DNA of 63,586 nucleotides, the filler included, from Chrysochromulina tobinii (Eukaryota): assembly GCA_001275005.1 (NCBI GenBank). It is 6 parts of 6 records of this genome, joined end to end, with 100 filler letters (N's around TTAATTAATTAA, not from the genome) between each part and the next. Parts side by side here need not be neighbours in the genome. Positions count along the whole stretch, not along the records: positions 32,492 to 54,466 come from JWZX01001268.1; 5 more parts are not named here. One strand, 5' to 3'. A program made the translations under genes and the position numbers. Of the stretch, positions 41,912 to 53,380 are shown one piece after another. The notes below the pieces were generated by a model that was not told the DNA's origin, searched no databases, and worked only from the letters and a program-made list of their open reading frames with translations. Position 1 is the first letter of the stretch; every line of letters starts with the position of its first letter.

Positions 41912-44842
41912 TTAGGCCTGATAGGAACTGTCTGTGTCTGCCGTGCACAGCTTCTCGCCGCCTTTGCAACGGTGGTAGGCGATGAGGTAGTCGATGTGCA
42001 CGTACTCCGAGTGGAAGATAACAAACTCGCGGTAGCGCACAAGCCCGCCGGTGTCCACTGTTCCACTCGATATCAGCTCGGCGATCAGCGAATGGTGGAA
42101 GATTGGTGGCGTGACGCCCGGCACCGCCGAGAGCTCACGGTAGTTGACGGGGAAGATTTGCTCGCGAGTGTCCATCGAGGTGGCCTTCTGGCCCACCTGC
42201 CGTGTGCGTACGGGGTAGCCGAGGGCTGCGCGCACCACGAGAACGTAGAAGACGTCGTCTGGGTGGCGCACGGTTTCGCTGTACAGCCGCTTGTGCAGCT
42301 CACTGCTTGGGTTGTACGCGCTGTCGGGGCTGACGTACTGATCCGTCTTGCCAGCGTCCTCCGCGAGGTAGACGCCGTCGCCAAAGGCGGTGCCCGCGCC
42401 GGTGCCTGAGAAGCGCTCGTTCAGGCCCGTGGACAGCAGGTCTAGCAGCCGATCTGGGTTGGTGCCATGCAAGAGGATGACCTCATTGCAAGCCTGCGAG
42501 AGGGTGAAGCCGCGCGCACGAGCCGTCTTCACGGGCAGGCCGGGCACATAGGTGACATCCTTGCCCTTCTTCTCGAGCAGCTCGAGCTCATGCTGCACGC
42601 GCTCCACGCCGGCCGTGTACTTGGACAGGTTGCGTGGATGGTCGACCTTCCACGCACACGCGAGCTTCAGCGAGTCGTACGGGCCGTACCTTTTCGACAC
42701 GTCCTTGCCCTTGCCGAGCCACTCTGGGCGCTCTGTCTGGATGACTGCCTCGAGCGAGCGTAGCACGCGGGCATCAGACACCGGCCGAAGCGCGAAGCCG
42801 TCCTCCTCTAGAGCGCGATCTTGCGGCTCCGCGGCTGCCTTCTGCGTGGCCGCAGTCTCGGCCTCCGCCCTTTCCGCCGCCGCCTTCTGCACCGCCGCCT
42901 TCTCGGCGGCCGCTGCCTTCTCTGCAGCCGCCTTCTGCGCGGCCGCCTTGTGTGCCGCCCTCTTGTCCGCCGCCGCCCTGTATGCCGCCACGGCGCCTCC
43001 AGATAGCGAGCCGAAGAAACCCCGCTGCACGACCGCCTTTTCCGGCGCCTCTCCCCCGTGTTTCTCGTTCTCATTCAGGGCCTCCACCTGAGATCCTGTT
43101 TGGCAAGCCGACAACAAAGGCTCAGATGCGGCAGCGGTGGCGGGTACCAGTAGTGGCAGCGGAGTACCATCGGTCGCAGGCTGCCCCATGAACCCGGGCC
43201 CATCCGTTTGCCCATCCGTTTGCCCATCCGTGGGCGCATCCACACAGCTCTGCCTATCGGTATCCAGGTCCAACTTTGGAGACGAATTTTGGTCCAACTT
43301 TGGAGACGGGCACGTGTCGAGCCTTGCCTCCACCGGCCGCCCGGGGGCGAGCAAGAGCTGAGGTGCGTCCTCAAGAAGCACCGGCAAGTCGCGCCCCCGG
43401 GTCGCGCAAAAGAGGCCATACTGGGCGATTAAGGCCTGCAGGGGATTCCCGATCAGCGATGCGACCGAGCGCTCTCCGGCGTCACTGGCGAGCTCGGCTG
43501 CAAAGCTCTCAATCTCCGCCGCGGCGGTTTCGAGAGCGGCCGCCTTCGTGTTGCACTCCTCCTGCAGCTCCAGCAATTCGGCACGCTTCTTCGAGAGGCT
43601 GATTCGGGCATCTAATCTTGGATCCTCGGCGACCTTGGACTCGAGCTTACCAACCTCCTTGTACGCCGCGTCGCGCTTCGCCTGCAGCGTGCACAGCGCC
43701 TTGGCCTTCTTCTCGTACTCTTCTGCCTTCTCAACCCAAGCCTTGAAGAGCTGACGGCACAAGCCGAGCGCCTCGACCAGTGTGGCGACCGCCGTACGGC
43801 ACGCGCCACACGCCGCCGACAGCTCCGCCTCCGGCAGCCGGATCGCCTCGATGCGCGCCTTGACAGCCTCGTCCTCGATCTGCGCCGCGAGCGCCTCGAG
43901 CGTAGCCTCCTCCCTGAGGGGCGCGAGGAGCGTCTCGATGCGCCGCTTGACGAACTCCTCGAGCAGCGCCGCCGACGACTTGCACCGGCGCTTGGCCAGC
44001 GTCCACTGCATGATGTATGCCGCGAATCTTGCCTCTTTCTCCTTGGGCGCCTTGCGCACGACCAACGGGTTGTAGTCGGCCGACGGCTGCTGCTGGCCGT
44101 GCACCACAGCGGTCGAGCCACGCACAAAGTTGTGATAGGCGCTTGCGAGCATCGTCATCGCGTCACAAATCGGACCCGTCTCGGCCGCTAGCCGCCGCGC
44201 GCGCGCGGTATCGAGCGCCGCGGGCTTGGCCTCGATCTGAAGGCGCTTCATCTCTCTCTGCGCCTCGGCGATGTCGGCCAGTGCGCCGCCGCGCTTGAGC
44301 GCCTCTTGCGCCGCCTCGAGTGCATGGGTAGCGTCTCGCAGCTGCAGCTCGAACGCGTAGAGCCCCTCGAGGCTCTCGATCGCCATGCGCACGCCCTCAC
44401 GCAGTTTAGGTACCACCTGAGAGCCGATCGCCGAACGCTCCGCCACCATGAGGTCCTCGATAACCGCCAGCCGTGACGCGTCAAGGAAAAGCTGCTCGCT
44501 GCACGCGCTCGAGCCGCAGAAGAGCTCATGCTTCGGCCACTCAGCAAGCTCCGGCAGGCTAAGCATCACTTCCAGCGAGTGCGACACTCCAGCACTTCCC
44601 GCGCTGATAGCTGACGTTGTCGTACTTGACTTCTTCGGAGGCTCTGCATACTTGGCGTAGAAGGTCGCGGCGCTCTCAAGCGTCGTGCGCAGCCGGCGCA
44701 GCGAGTCTATCATCTCGGTTATCGAAGAGTCGATGGCCAGGCCCTTCACCTTGTTGTCGTGCGTCTTGTCCGGGTCGCTGCTCAAGAAAGAGGTGACCGA
44801 AGCGCCTCGAGCGGCGGAGGCCGCCGCACGTGCGAACAGCAT
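41912..44842 (-). CDS. Long coiled-coil protein with C-terminal PARP-type ADP-ribosyltransferase domain
   Basis: NEVILLHGT, AFGDGVYLAEDAGKTDQY, VRAALG, REFVIF...YLIAY (H-Y-E triad). ATG at 44842. Confidence 0.88.
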   Translation of the reverse strand: MLFARAAASAARGASVTSFLSSDPDKTHDNKVKGLAIDSSITEMIDSLRRLRTTLESAATFYAKYAEPPKKSSTTTSAISAGSAGVSHSLEVMLSLPELAEWPKHELFCGSSACSEQLFLDASRLAVIEDLMVAERSAIGSQVVPKLREGVRMAIESLEGLYAFELQLRDATHALEAAQEALKRGGALADIAEAQREMKRLQIEAKPAALDTARARRLAAETGPICDAMTMLASAYHNFVRGSTAVVHGQQQPSADYNPLVVRKAPKEKEARFAAYIMQWTLAKRRCKSSAALLEEFVKRRIETLLAPLREEATLEALAAQIEDEAVKARIEAIRLPEAELSAACGACRTAVATLVEALGLCRQLFKAWVEKAEEYEKKAKALCTLQAKRDAAYKEVGKLESKVAEDPRLDARISLSKKRAELLELQEECNTKAAALETAAAEIESFAAELASDAGERSVASLIGNPLQALIAQYGLFCATRGRDLPVLLEDAPQLLLAPGRPVEARLDTCPSPKLDQNSSPKLDLDTDRQSCVDAPTDGQTDGQTDGPGFMGQPATDGTPLPLLVPATAAASEPLLSACQTGSQVEALNENEKHGGEAPEKAVVQRGFFGSLSGGAVAAYRAAADKRAAHKAAAQKAAAEKAAAAEKAAVQKAAAERAEAETAATQKAAAEPQDRALEEDGFALRPVSDARVLRSLEAVIQTERPEWLGKGKDVSKRYGPYDSLKLACAWKVDHPRNLSKYTAGVERVQHELELLEKKGKDVTYVPGLPVKTARARGFTLSQACNEVILLHGTNPDRLLDLLSTGLNERFSGTGAGTAFGDGVYLAEDAGKTDQYVSPDSAYNPSSELHKRLYSETVRHPDDVFYVLVVRAALGYPVRTRQVGQKATSMDTREQIFPVNYRELSAVPGVTPPIFHHSLIAELISSGTVDTGGLVRYREFVIFHSEYVHIDYLIAYHRCKGGEKLCTADTDSSYQA

Positions 44843-45286
44843 GAATTTCGTTTCCTGCCCTTCCGCAAAGTTTGGCCGTCCTTGCAAGTTCAAATAAGAA
44901 TACCATTCTTGTCAAGTTCCTCGATTATTCGACTCGCATGGTTTCAAATGGAGCCAAGATACACCGTACCCGGCACCGTACAGAAGGGGACATGTATTTT
45001 GGTGGGCCTCTGGGCCATCTCCTTGATGGCAATGTACCGGCTTTTCCCCCTGGGCCTCATTGAAAAGTGTTTGCAGGGTCGTTTCGGCTCGAACTGACTG
45101 CGCTTTCTTCTTACACGTTCGCCGGTTGTCGCGTCTGTCGTGTTAACGTTCACGTTCGCGTGACACGTGACACTCTTTGTGCGAAAAGTCTGTGGGGTCC
45201 AGGTCGGACCGTCCAAGCGCGCACTTTTCCGCACAACCCGAAGTCCCCGCCAAGTGCGCGCTTCAGCGTCGTAGCACAGTGTCACG

Positions 45287-47444
45287 ATGATTCGGATTCT
45301 CACTCTTACGCTGTACACACTGGTCATCACTACGGGCCTCAAAATGCCCGTCCTCGATGCGGGTGGCTGTCCCAATGGGTTCACGTACAGCAACAGCGCC
45401 ACGTATGGCGTCTCCTACTCGCAGTGGGGCCATCTCCCACGCGGTGGGTGGCGCGGTGCCGTCCTCGGGCCGGACGGTGACAAGATTTACGGTATCCCTA
45501 CGAATGCTACCTCGGTGCGTGCCGAGCGTTGCAGCGCCACTCGCCATCGTCCCGCCCTCTCCACTCATGAGTGGTCCTCGTGCGCCCTCGTTATTCGTGC
45601 AGGTGCTCGAAATCGACCCGACTACGCGCACCGTTTCGACGTTTGGGCAGCTGGGCATGGCAAAGACGGACCAAGAGTGCCACGGTTCGATCCATTGCGG
45701 CGAGGAGAAGTGGATCGGCGGCGTCCTACTGCCCTCGGGAAAAATCATCGCCGTGCCTTATGCGGCTGAGACGGTGCTCGAGATCGACCCAAAGGCGCGC
45801 ACGACGAGCACCTTCGGTATCGTCTCCTCGTCCGTAAAGCGCAAGTGGCTCGACGGCGTCCTCGGGCGCAACGGCCTCGTGTACGCCATCCCCTACGACG
45901 CCGACGTGGTGCTCGAGATCAACCCGGAGACGCACGCGCTCATGCTCTTCGGCCGCGTCGGCTCAGACCCTTGCAAGTGGTACGGCGGCGTGCTCGGCCC
46001 GAACGGCAAGATCTACGCCATCCCGTATTCGTCGCCATACGTGCTCGAGATCGACACCGAGCGGCGCATCGCGCGCCCGTTTGCCATGACCTTTCCCCAC
46101 TGGGGCAAGTGGTCCGGTGGCGTGCTCGCCCCCAATGGCAAGATCTACGGCGTCCCCGCGCTCGCCAAGTCCATGCTTGAGATTGACGTGGAGCGCGAGA
46201 CAACGAGCCTGTTCGGCATGCTCCCCGGCGGCGAGGACCTTCAGGACAAGTGGTCCGGCGGCGTGCTCGCCCCCAACGGTCGCATCTACGCGATGCCATG
46301 GCGCGCAGATAAGGTCCTTGAGTTCGACCCAGCGACCAAAGCGATGGCGCTTCTCGGCTCGTCGCTGGGCGCATCCAACTTTTCGTGGGGCGGCGGCGTT
46401 GTCGCCAAGTCGGGTCGCATCGTCGCCGTGCCGTACAACGGCGCGTGGATCCTCGAGATTGGGGACAGCGTCTGCGTCCCGAGCCGACCCACAGCCGACC
46501 CGAATGCGGTCAAGCTCCCTCCTCCGCTCATCCTGCCCTCGAGCCTCGGCTCCACGCCAGCCCCCCATCTGAGCCACGCCATCCAAGCCCGCCTGCCCGG
46601 CGTGGCTTCGATGGGCCCTGCGCCCTCGTCCGCTCCGGTGGAGCTCAAGCCCGTCTCGGTCAAGGTCAGCCACGTTGGTGCGAGCCTCACCTTCGTGCTT
46701 GCCCAGGTCGGCTGCCCAGAGACGGCCAAGGCGGCCGACACGTGCTTCCGTCTCGCGCAACGCACGTGGCATTCGGTGATGGCGACGATTATGGGACCCG
46801 GCGCAACCCTCGAGGCCGTGCGCGAGCAAGTGGCCGCGGCGCGCCTCGCGCACGTCCCGACTGACTTTTGCTTCCTGTACAATGGGCACGCGCTCGACCC
46901 CAACGCCGAGGTGACCATCAAGGCGGAGGACGTGGCTATTCCAGTCTCGGCGGCTGCGGCGCAGCAGGCGTCGGCGGCGCAGCTGGGCCCGAGCACCGCG
47001 CCGCTGTTCATGATCCTGATCGACAGCGTGCAGTGCAACATCTTGCCCAACGGCCTGCTCGGATCGATGGTGTTCAATGTCGCGTCGGCCGCCAAGCGCT
47101 CGGGCGACGGCAAGAAGGCCACGCTGATCACTCTCATCCTGATCATGGTCCTGGTGCTCGTGCTGATTTTCGTGGCCACGTGCACTGGCACGGCGCGCTG
47201 GCTTGCGCGCTCCGAGTCGCGCCACGGGCACAATGTGTACTATGGCCAGTACAGCCGCGTGCCCGGCGAGGCGCTCGAGGCGCAAGGGCTCATCGAGAGT
47301 GGCTACCAAAGTGACAAGGGCAAGCCTGCAACGTCGCCGGCAACGTCGACGGTCTCGTTGGCAGTTAAGACTGTGCCCTGCCTGCGCCCCCTCTTCAAGC
47401 CGCGCGCCAAGGTGATCCAGATTGTCAAGGCAAACTTCGTCTGA
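45287..47444 (+). CDS. Single-pass membrane protein with ~7 WxGGVLxPNGKIYxxP beta-propeller repeats (intron 45515-45602)
   Basis: Signal peptide, seven ~43-aa repeats, TM helix LITLILIMVLVLVLIFVA. The 88-bp GT-AG intron joins the frames. Confidence 0.82.
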
Positions 47445-47937
47445 AGGGGGACGACGCTGTGTAACTGTAAACGGCTGTGCCATGGGCTGTGCGGGGGATC
47501 TTGGGGCAGGGGCGGCGAGGCTACGGTGAGGCCAGTGGGAGGAGCTGCGGAGTAGTTGCGGAGAGAGGGAAGCTGAGAGGGAAGCTGTGTTGGAGCTGAG
47601 GCGTTACTGAGGCGTCCAGCATACTCTGTACGCCAGTGAGTGAGCGTGAGAGTGAGTGAGTGAGGGGGAACGTGCGGAACAGAGGCATCCTCGAGGGTTG
47701 CATCAACGTCAGCGTGGGGAATTGCAGAACCACACAATTGCATGCGTCCGATATAGTCAGTGAGTCTACCGGTAGTAAATCTCCGTAATATATAGCTCCG
47801 TACGATATAGCTCGCGTGCTTGCTTCGAACACATGCATGCAACAAACTCGTTTCGAAAGGACGAGAGTTCTGCGAAGATCGCTCCCTTCCCAACCCACGC
47901 ACCCCAACCCAACTACACACAGCCCCTTGCCCAGCCC

Positions 47938-49213
47938 ATGTCGCGCCAGTATACATCAAGCTCCGTGTCTGCCGATCTTCAGCACGGCATGCTGCACGTC
48001 GTGCACAAATTCGTCGCCGACGCGCAGCATAATGCCAGCGCGATCACCGCCGTCTTCAACTTGCATGCCAACGCGACCCAAATTGTGCACTACGTTCACT
48101 CACAGTGGGGCGAGCGGTGGGTGGCGAGCATCTTTCACCGAGCGCTTTCAGGTATCAGGAATCGTTGTGATAGCAGCAGCAGCATGCTCGTGCTCGACGT
48201 AGGTGCGAATGCAGGTTACTATGGCATGCTCGCGCTCGCGCTTGGCGCGAATGTGATCTTCTTCGACGCCCAGCCAACCTGCTGGCGCTTTATTGCCACT
48301 GCCGTGAGCGCCTCGCCTCACTCGCAGCGCGCTCAGATCGTTCGCGGCGGGGTATCGACGCAGCCGTACCCCGTGCGCATCGACCTTACTGCTGGCACCG
48401 ATGCAAAATACAAGGATTGGCAGCAAGAATGCGACGGCCACTTCGGGATGCGTGGCCGGAAAGATGTCATGCGCCGCCATAGCCCGAGCCCGGATCAAGA
48501 TGGCGGCCCGGCGAGTCGACCGGCGAGCCGAGCACAAGGCGGCGCCAGCACAGTGGGCTATCCCTTGCCCACGTTCCGACAGGGCATGCTGGGCGACGCC
48601 CTGGCCGTTGGCGCTGAGCTCTCGTTCGTTAAGGTGGACGTCGAGGGTGCCGAGATGGGCATCTTGAACGCGAGTTTGCTTCCCTTGATGCGAGATCGAC
48701 GCGTTCGCCACTTGGTGATGGAGGCGTCGCCTGGCTTCTGGAACGGCAGCCTGGGGCACACCCACTCGCTTGCGTTTGCGCTGGACGTCATCGGAGAAGT
48801 CATCCAAATTGGGTACACGATGGAGACTCGCTTACTCCGAAAGCAGTGCGCTCGCCATGGCGCTCGGGCTCAAGGGGGCGCTGTGACGGCCCCGATGGTG
48901 GCGGGCGGGCGCAATGGAGGGCGCGGAGGGGAAACATGCAGGCGGCCCCCGCCAGGCAGGCTGCTGGCTCTGGCAGCCGGCGAGTGCGCAGCACTATGTG
49001 AAGCGGATGGCGTACGCGGAGGACCTCCACTTTGAGCGCATCGGCCCGCTGAGGATGACCAGGGTCCCCAGTCTCGACCTCGGCGCGGGGGCCAAGGCGG
49101 GGGCCTCCACCAACCTTTGCGACAGTCACAGCTTCGAGCTCGAGACGGGCGCCTCGTTGGCGGATATCGAGAAGCTTCGGGCGAGAGCTTTTCAGCCCCT
49201 TTCGCCGCTGTGA
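47938..49213 (+). CDS. FkbM-family methyltransferase (C-terminal frame ambiguous near 48850-48920)
   Basis: VLDVGANAGYYG...IFFDAQP...FVKVDVEGAE...HLVME. The overlapping ORF 48914-49213 may be the true C-terminus. Confidence 0.75.
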
Positions 49214-49280
49214 AGTTGTGTTTCACAGTGTTTCCTAAAGGTCGCGTGTGTGAGTGGCGACGTCGTCGTCCATCTCGCAA

Positions 49281-51989
49281 ATGGCGCCGGCTGCGTCGAG
49301 CCTCTTGGCCACCATCCTTCGCGACGTGGACGCGAACCCGGCCAACGTGCAGGGCGCGCTGGCTGTGCTGCGCGGGCGCACGCTAATCGCCGTGGTTGAT
49401 ACGCAAACGCTCGACGCGTGGAGCTCTCGCTTGCAGGCATTGCTTCGAGGCCCGGTGCCCGAGGCTCGGGTCGCGGCGGCGGCGCTGCTCAGCGAGACGG
49501 TGCAGCAGTGCACGCAGTTCGAATTTGCACGGCACCGCGAGCAGTGGGCGGCAGCTCTGCTCCACTTGCTCCAGCCCATCAGCGAGGCCACGTCCGAGGC
49601 GGCCATCGCTGCGGCCACCTCCGTGCGGCTCGCTGCCGCTGAGGCGCTCGCGCACATGGTGACAGTGTCGGCAGGCTGGCCGGGCGAGCGGCGTGAGCTC
49701 TCGGGCGCGGTATCACGCCTTGCGACCGCGCTGGTCTCGATGCTTGGCGAGGCAACCACGCAGCACGGTGCGCTGCTCGTGCTCAGCCGGCTGTGCGCCG
49801 CTGTGCCTCACAGCCTTCGGGCCCATCGCGACAAACTGGGCGCGGCTCTGCCGTCAATTGCGCTCGAGGCGGGCGCCCCGGCCGCACGCGCCGCCGCGGC
49901 GCTCATGGGCGTACTGCCCAGCTGCCTGCCGGTCGCCGCGGTCGAGGAGGCATGGCTGTTGCACGTGCAGCGGCTGGTCGGGACGATGCACCGGGCACTC
50001 GCTCTGCTGCTAGGCGCCGTCGTGAGCGCGCCACCGGTACGGTACGAGCTGCCTGCTTACGCGCTGCCCGCCGAGGCGCAGGCGAGCGCCGTCGTGGCGC
50101 CGTCCTTCGGAGTGCCCACGACGGCGCCGTCGGTGGCCGCTCAACACAGCGCTCGCACGAGCGCAGCGGCGCAGCGGCGGCGCTCGGCTTTAGTTCGGTG
50201 CGTCTCTCGTTGTGCTCTTGCGTTGCATTGTGGCTTGTGCCCGCCCTCGACGCCGGCGGACGCCCTGCCGATGCCCGTGCCGCTCGAGCTGCTGGTCAGC
50301 ACCGCCGCCTACATCCTCGACGCTGACGGCTTGGTCCCGGTTCGCGTACCGGTCACCGAGGCGGCCCTGCCGCTCGCGGAGGCGCTGCTCGTCCTGCCCG
50401 AGGTGCACCTTGCAGCGCTCCAGCTGCTGCACTCGACGGTGGCGTGTGCGCAGCGTCACGCCCTCGGCCACGTGTCGACCATCGCTCCGGTGAGTGCCGT
50501 TAATTGCTCTGATTGCCTCTGATTGCCTCTGATTGCCTCTGATTGCCTCTGATTGCCTCTGATTGCCACTCATTACGGCCACGTATCGACCATCGCGCAG
50601 CTCCTTCGGCGTTCGTGGCAGCGCACCTCGCCCTCCGGCCCGCCCCAGCTGCGCTGCGCCGAGCTACGCGCGGCCACATACGCTCTGTCGGCGGTGCTCT
50701 TGAAAGCCTTTGGGCCATGTGTGGTGGGCGCCATGGGGGAAGCGCTCGTGAGCCACGCTCTCCTCGACTTGACTGGTCAGCTGCCTTCCCGAGCCAGCGC
50801 TGCCGCTGCACACGACGGCGGCGCTGGAGCGCGCAAGCGACAGCGTCAGAATGAGGACGGCAGCGTCGGCGGCAGCGTCGGCGGCAGCGTCGGCGGCAGC
50901 GGCGTTGCCGCCAGTGGCGCTGCCGCCACCGGCGGCGGGCGGCCGGCTCCGGTGGGCGTGCAGTGTGCGGCCCTGAGCGCCGTGCACGCCCTCCTGCTAG
51001 TGGGCTCCGAGCTGCTCAACCTCGCTCTCCTCGGCCGGCTACAGCGGGCTCTCCTCTCGGCGTGCGTCGACGCGGCGCAGTGCGCGCCCGGGACGGCGCT
51101 GCACGCGCTGCTGCTCTCGGCGCTGGGCGCTGCGGTGGGCACCGGGCGCGCCGTGCATGGCGACGTACTGCCGCGCGCCATTGCGGTGCTGCAGGGCGCG
51201 GGCGTGCGCGCGCCCGTCGGCGTGGCGCGGGCAGCTGCGTTCAGCGCATTGCATGCATCGGATCCCCTGCTGCATCCGGGCGGGGTTGCATGCTGGAGCC
51301 TACCGGCAGAGGAAGAACGTGCCGCCGACGCCGCGGCTCGGCCGGCGGTTACGGCGGTTACTGGCGCCCACCACGACGCCGCGGCTCGGCCCGGAGCCAC
51401 CACGGCGCCTGCCTCCACGCTGGCCGGTGCCCCTGCCTCCACGCTGGCTGGGGCCCCTGCCTCCACGCTGGCTGGGGCCCCTGCCTCCACGCTGGCTGGG
51501 GCCCCTGCCTCCACGCTGGATCTCTCCTCCATTGCCCCTGCCTCCATTGCCGTTGGAGCTCGCCCCACCCTCCTGCCTGTGGGATCGGGCGCCGTCGTGG
51601 GCGCGACGGTCGAGGCGTCGAGATGGGCGCCCGCGACGACGCAGGGGCCGCCATCCGCGATGCCGTCCGCGCCGCCGCCGCCCGCACCGCCGCCCGCACG
51701 GGCTTCTGAGGCGCCAGCTCCACCCGCTCCACCCGCTCCACCCGCTCGGGCCGTCGCAATCTCGATGGCAATCTCGAAGGCCGCGCCGCCGGCCGCCCTT
51801 TCGCCGGGCTTGCGGACTGGAGCTCACGACGGCGCTCCGCTGCTGCACCTTCCAGGCGCAGCGTACGCTCACGACGGCGCGCCGATGGATGACGACGACG
51901 ACTCCGAGGTCGAGCTTGTCATGGCTCCTCCCGACGAGGCCGATCGGAGCGCCGTCGTGAGCGCCGGGCAGATCGGAGCGCCGTCGTGA
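49281..51989 (+). CDS. RIX1/PELP1-like ribosome biogenesis protein (intron 50490-50600)
   Basis: Helical N-terminus AWSSRLQALL...LLSETVQQC...WAAALLHLL, PxP-LHP motifs, Pro-rich region, acidic end DDDDDSEVELVMAPPD. Confidence 0.7.
50490..50600 (+). other. Repeat-cassette intron, mirror type, (CTCTGATTGC)6 plus 25-bp upstream-exon duplicate
   Basis: CGGCCACGTGTCGACCATCGCTCCG|GTGAGT...(CTCTGATTGC)6...CGGCCACGTATCGACCATCGCGCAG|CTC. Confidence 0.88.
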
Positions 51990-52126
51990 GCGTCGGGCAG
52001 ATCGGAGCGCCGTCGTGAGCGCCGGGTAGATCGGAGCGCCGTCGTGAGCGCTGGGCAGAACTGAGCGCCGTCGTGAGCACCGGGCAGATCTGAGCGCCGT
52101 CGTGAGCGCCGTGGCAGATCGGAGCG
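51942..52126 (+). repeat. 29-bp minisatellite (~6.3 copies) spanning the stop codon
   Basis: GATCGGAGCGCCGTCGTGAGCGCCGGGCA units at 51942, 51971, 52000, 52029, 52058, 52087. Confidence 0.9.
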
Positions 52127-52483
52127 GAAGAGTGCACTCACAGTGAACGGAGAGTGCTCCTCACACCTCCTCTGGACGAGCGGAACGCTCTGGGAACGCC
52201 TTGGGAGTTCAGTACTCCTGGGAACGCCCGCACACAGCAGGAACAGAAGAGCTGGGAACAGAACAGAAGGCCCGCAGCCGCCCAGGCATGGCTGGTGCTG
52301 CTGCGGCGCCTCAGCGGTTCCCTTGGTGCCGAGCTTCCGGCGATGCCGAGGGGCCGTTTCAGTTACAGCACAAGTTTTCCATTTTTGAAAGTGAAAAAGA
52401 ATCAGTGAAGGAATCTCAATGGGATCGCGTCGGTGGGGGGATACTGCCGAAGCCGCCCTTGTGCGAAGTGACCAGCGCCACAG

Positions 52484-53380
52484 ATGACGAGCCCCGCCGC
52501 CGCCTCGATTGGATTAGCGGAGCGCGCAGCCCTTGGTGCAGCAGGGGGTATTGGCGCCTCGTTCTTTTGCCACCCCCTCGACGTCATACGCGTTCAGATG
52601 CAAGTGGCGCAGTACAGTGGAACGGTGGACGCCGCGGTCTCAATCTTCAAAAAAGGCGGTATCGGCGGCATCTACGCGGGCCTCTCTGCTGCGTGGCTGC
52701 GCCAGGTCACATACGGCAGCGGTCGCCTGGGCATCTACAGCTACCTTCTCGACCGTGACAAGCGTAGCCGCCAAGCGAACGAGCAGCCCAGCTTTTTGGT
52801 CAAGCTCTCGTATGGGACCGTCGCGGGCTGCTTGGGCGCCGCCGTCGGATCCCCTGCCGAGCTTGCGCTCGTGCGGATGGGAGCGGACAGCTCCATCGCC
52901 GACCCAGCGAAGCGGCGCGGCTACGCCAACTCCATCGACTGCGTGATCCGCGTCGCCCGCGAGGAAGGGCTTGGGGCGCTGTACACGGGTGCGACGCCGA
53001 CCGTGCTGCGAGCTGGGATGCTCAACTCGACGCTGCTCGCGATCACCTCGCAGCTCAAGCCACTCATCGCCGAAAAGACGGGCTGGGGCGAGACGGACGT
53101 CAAGAACATGTTCGTCGCGACGACGGTCGCTTCGTTGTTCTCGACGCTGAGCTCGCAGCCGTTTGATGTGGTCAAGTCTCGGGTGCAGCAGGCCTCGAAG
53201 GGCGAGTACGCGGGCATGCTCGACTGCGCTCGCAGGTCCTTCGCCAAGGAGGGCGTCACCGTCTTTTGGAAAGGCTTCACTCCGGCCTTCGTCAAGCTCG
53301 CACCCTTCTCGATCATCAGCTTGACGTTGCTTGAAAAGTTGACGGCGCTCTACACGGGTGGCAAGTCGGGAGCACTTTGA
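52484..53380 (+). CDS. Mitochondrial carrier, dicarboxylate/2-oxoglutarate-malate type
   Basis: PLDVIRVQMQ, GLSAAWLRQVTY, PAELALVRMGAD, PTVLRA, PFDVVKSRVQ, FWKGF. Confidence 0.92.
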   Translation: MTSPAAASIGLAERAALGAAGGIGASFFCHPLDVIRVQMQVAQYSGTVDAAVSIFKKGGIGGIYAGLSAAWLRQVTYGSGRLGIYSYLLDRDKRSRQANEQPSFLVKLSYGTVAGCLGAAVGSPAELALVRMGADSSIADPAKRRGYANSIDCVIRVAREEGLGALYTGATPTVLRAGMLNSTLLAITSQLKPLIAEKTGWGETDVKNMFVATTVASLFSTLSSQPFDVVKSRVQQASKGEYAGMLDCARRSFAKEGVTVFWKGFTPAFVKLAPFSIISLTLLEKLTALYTGGKSGAL

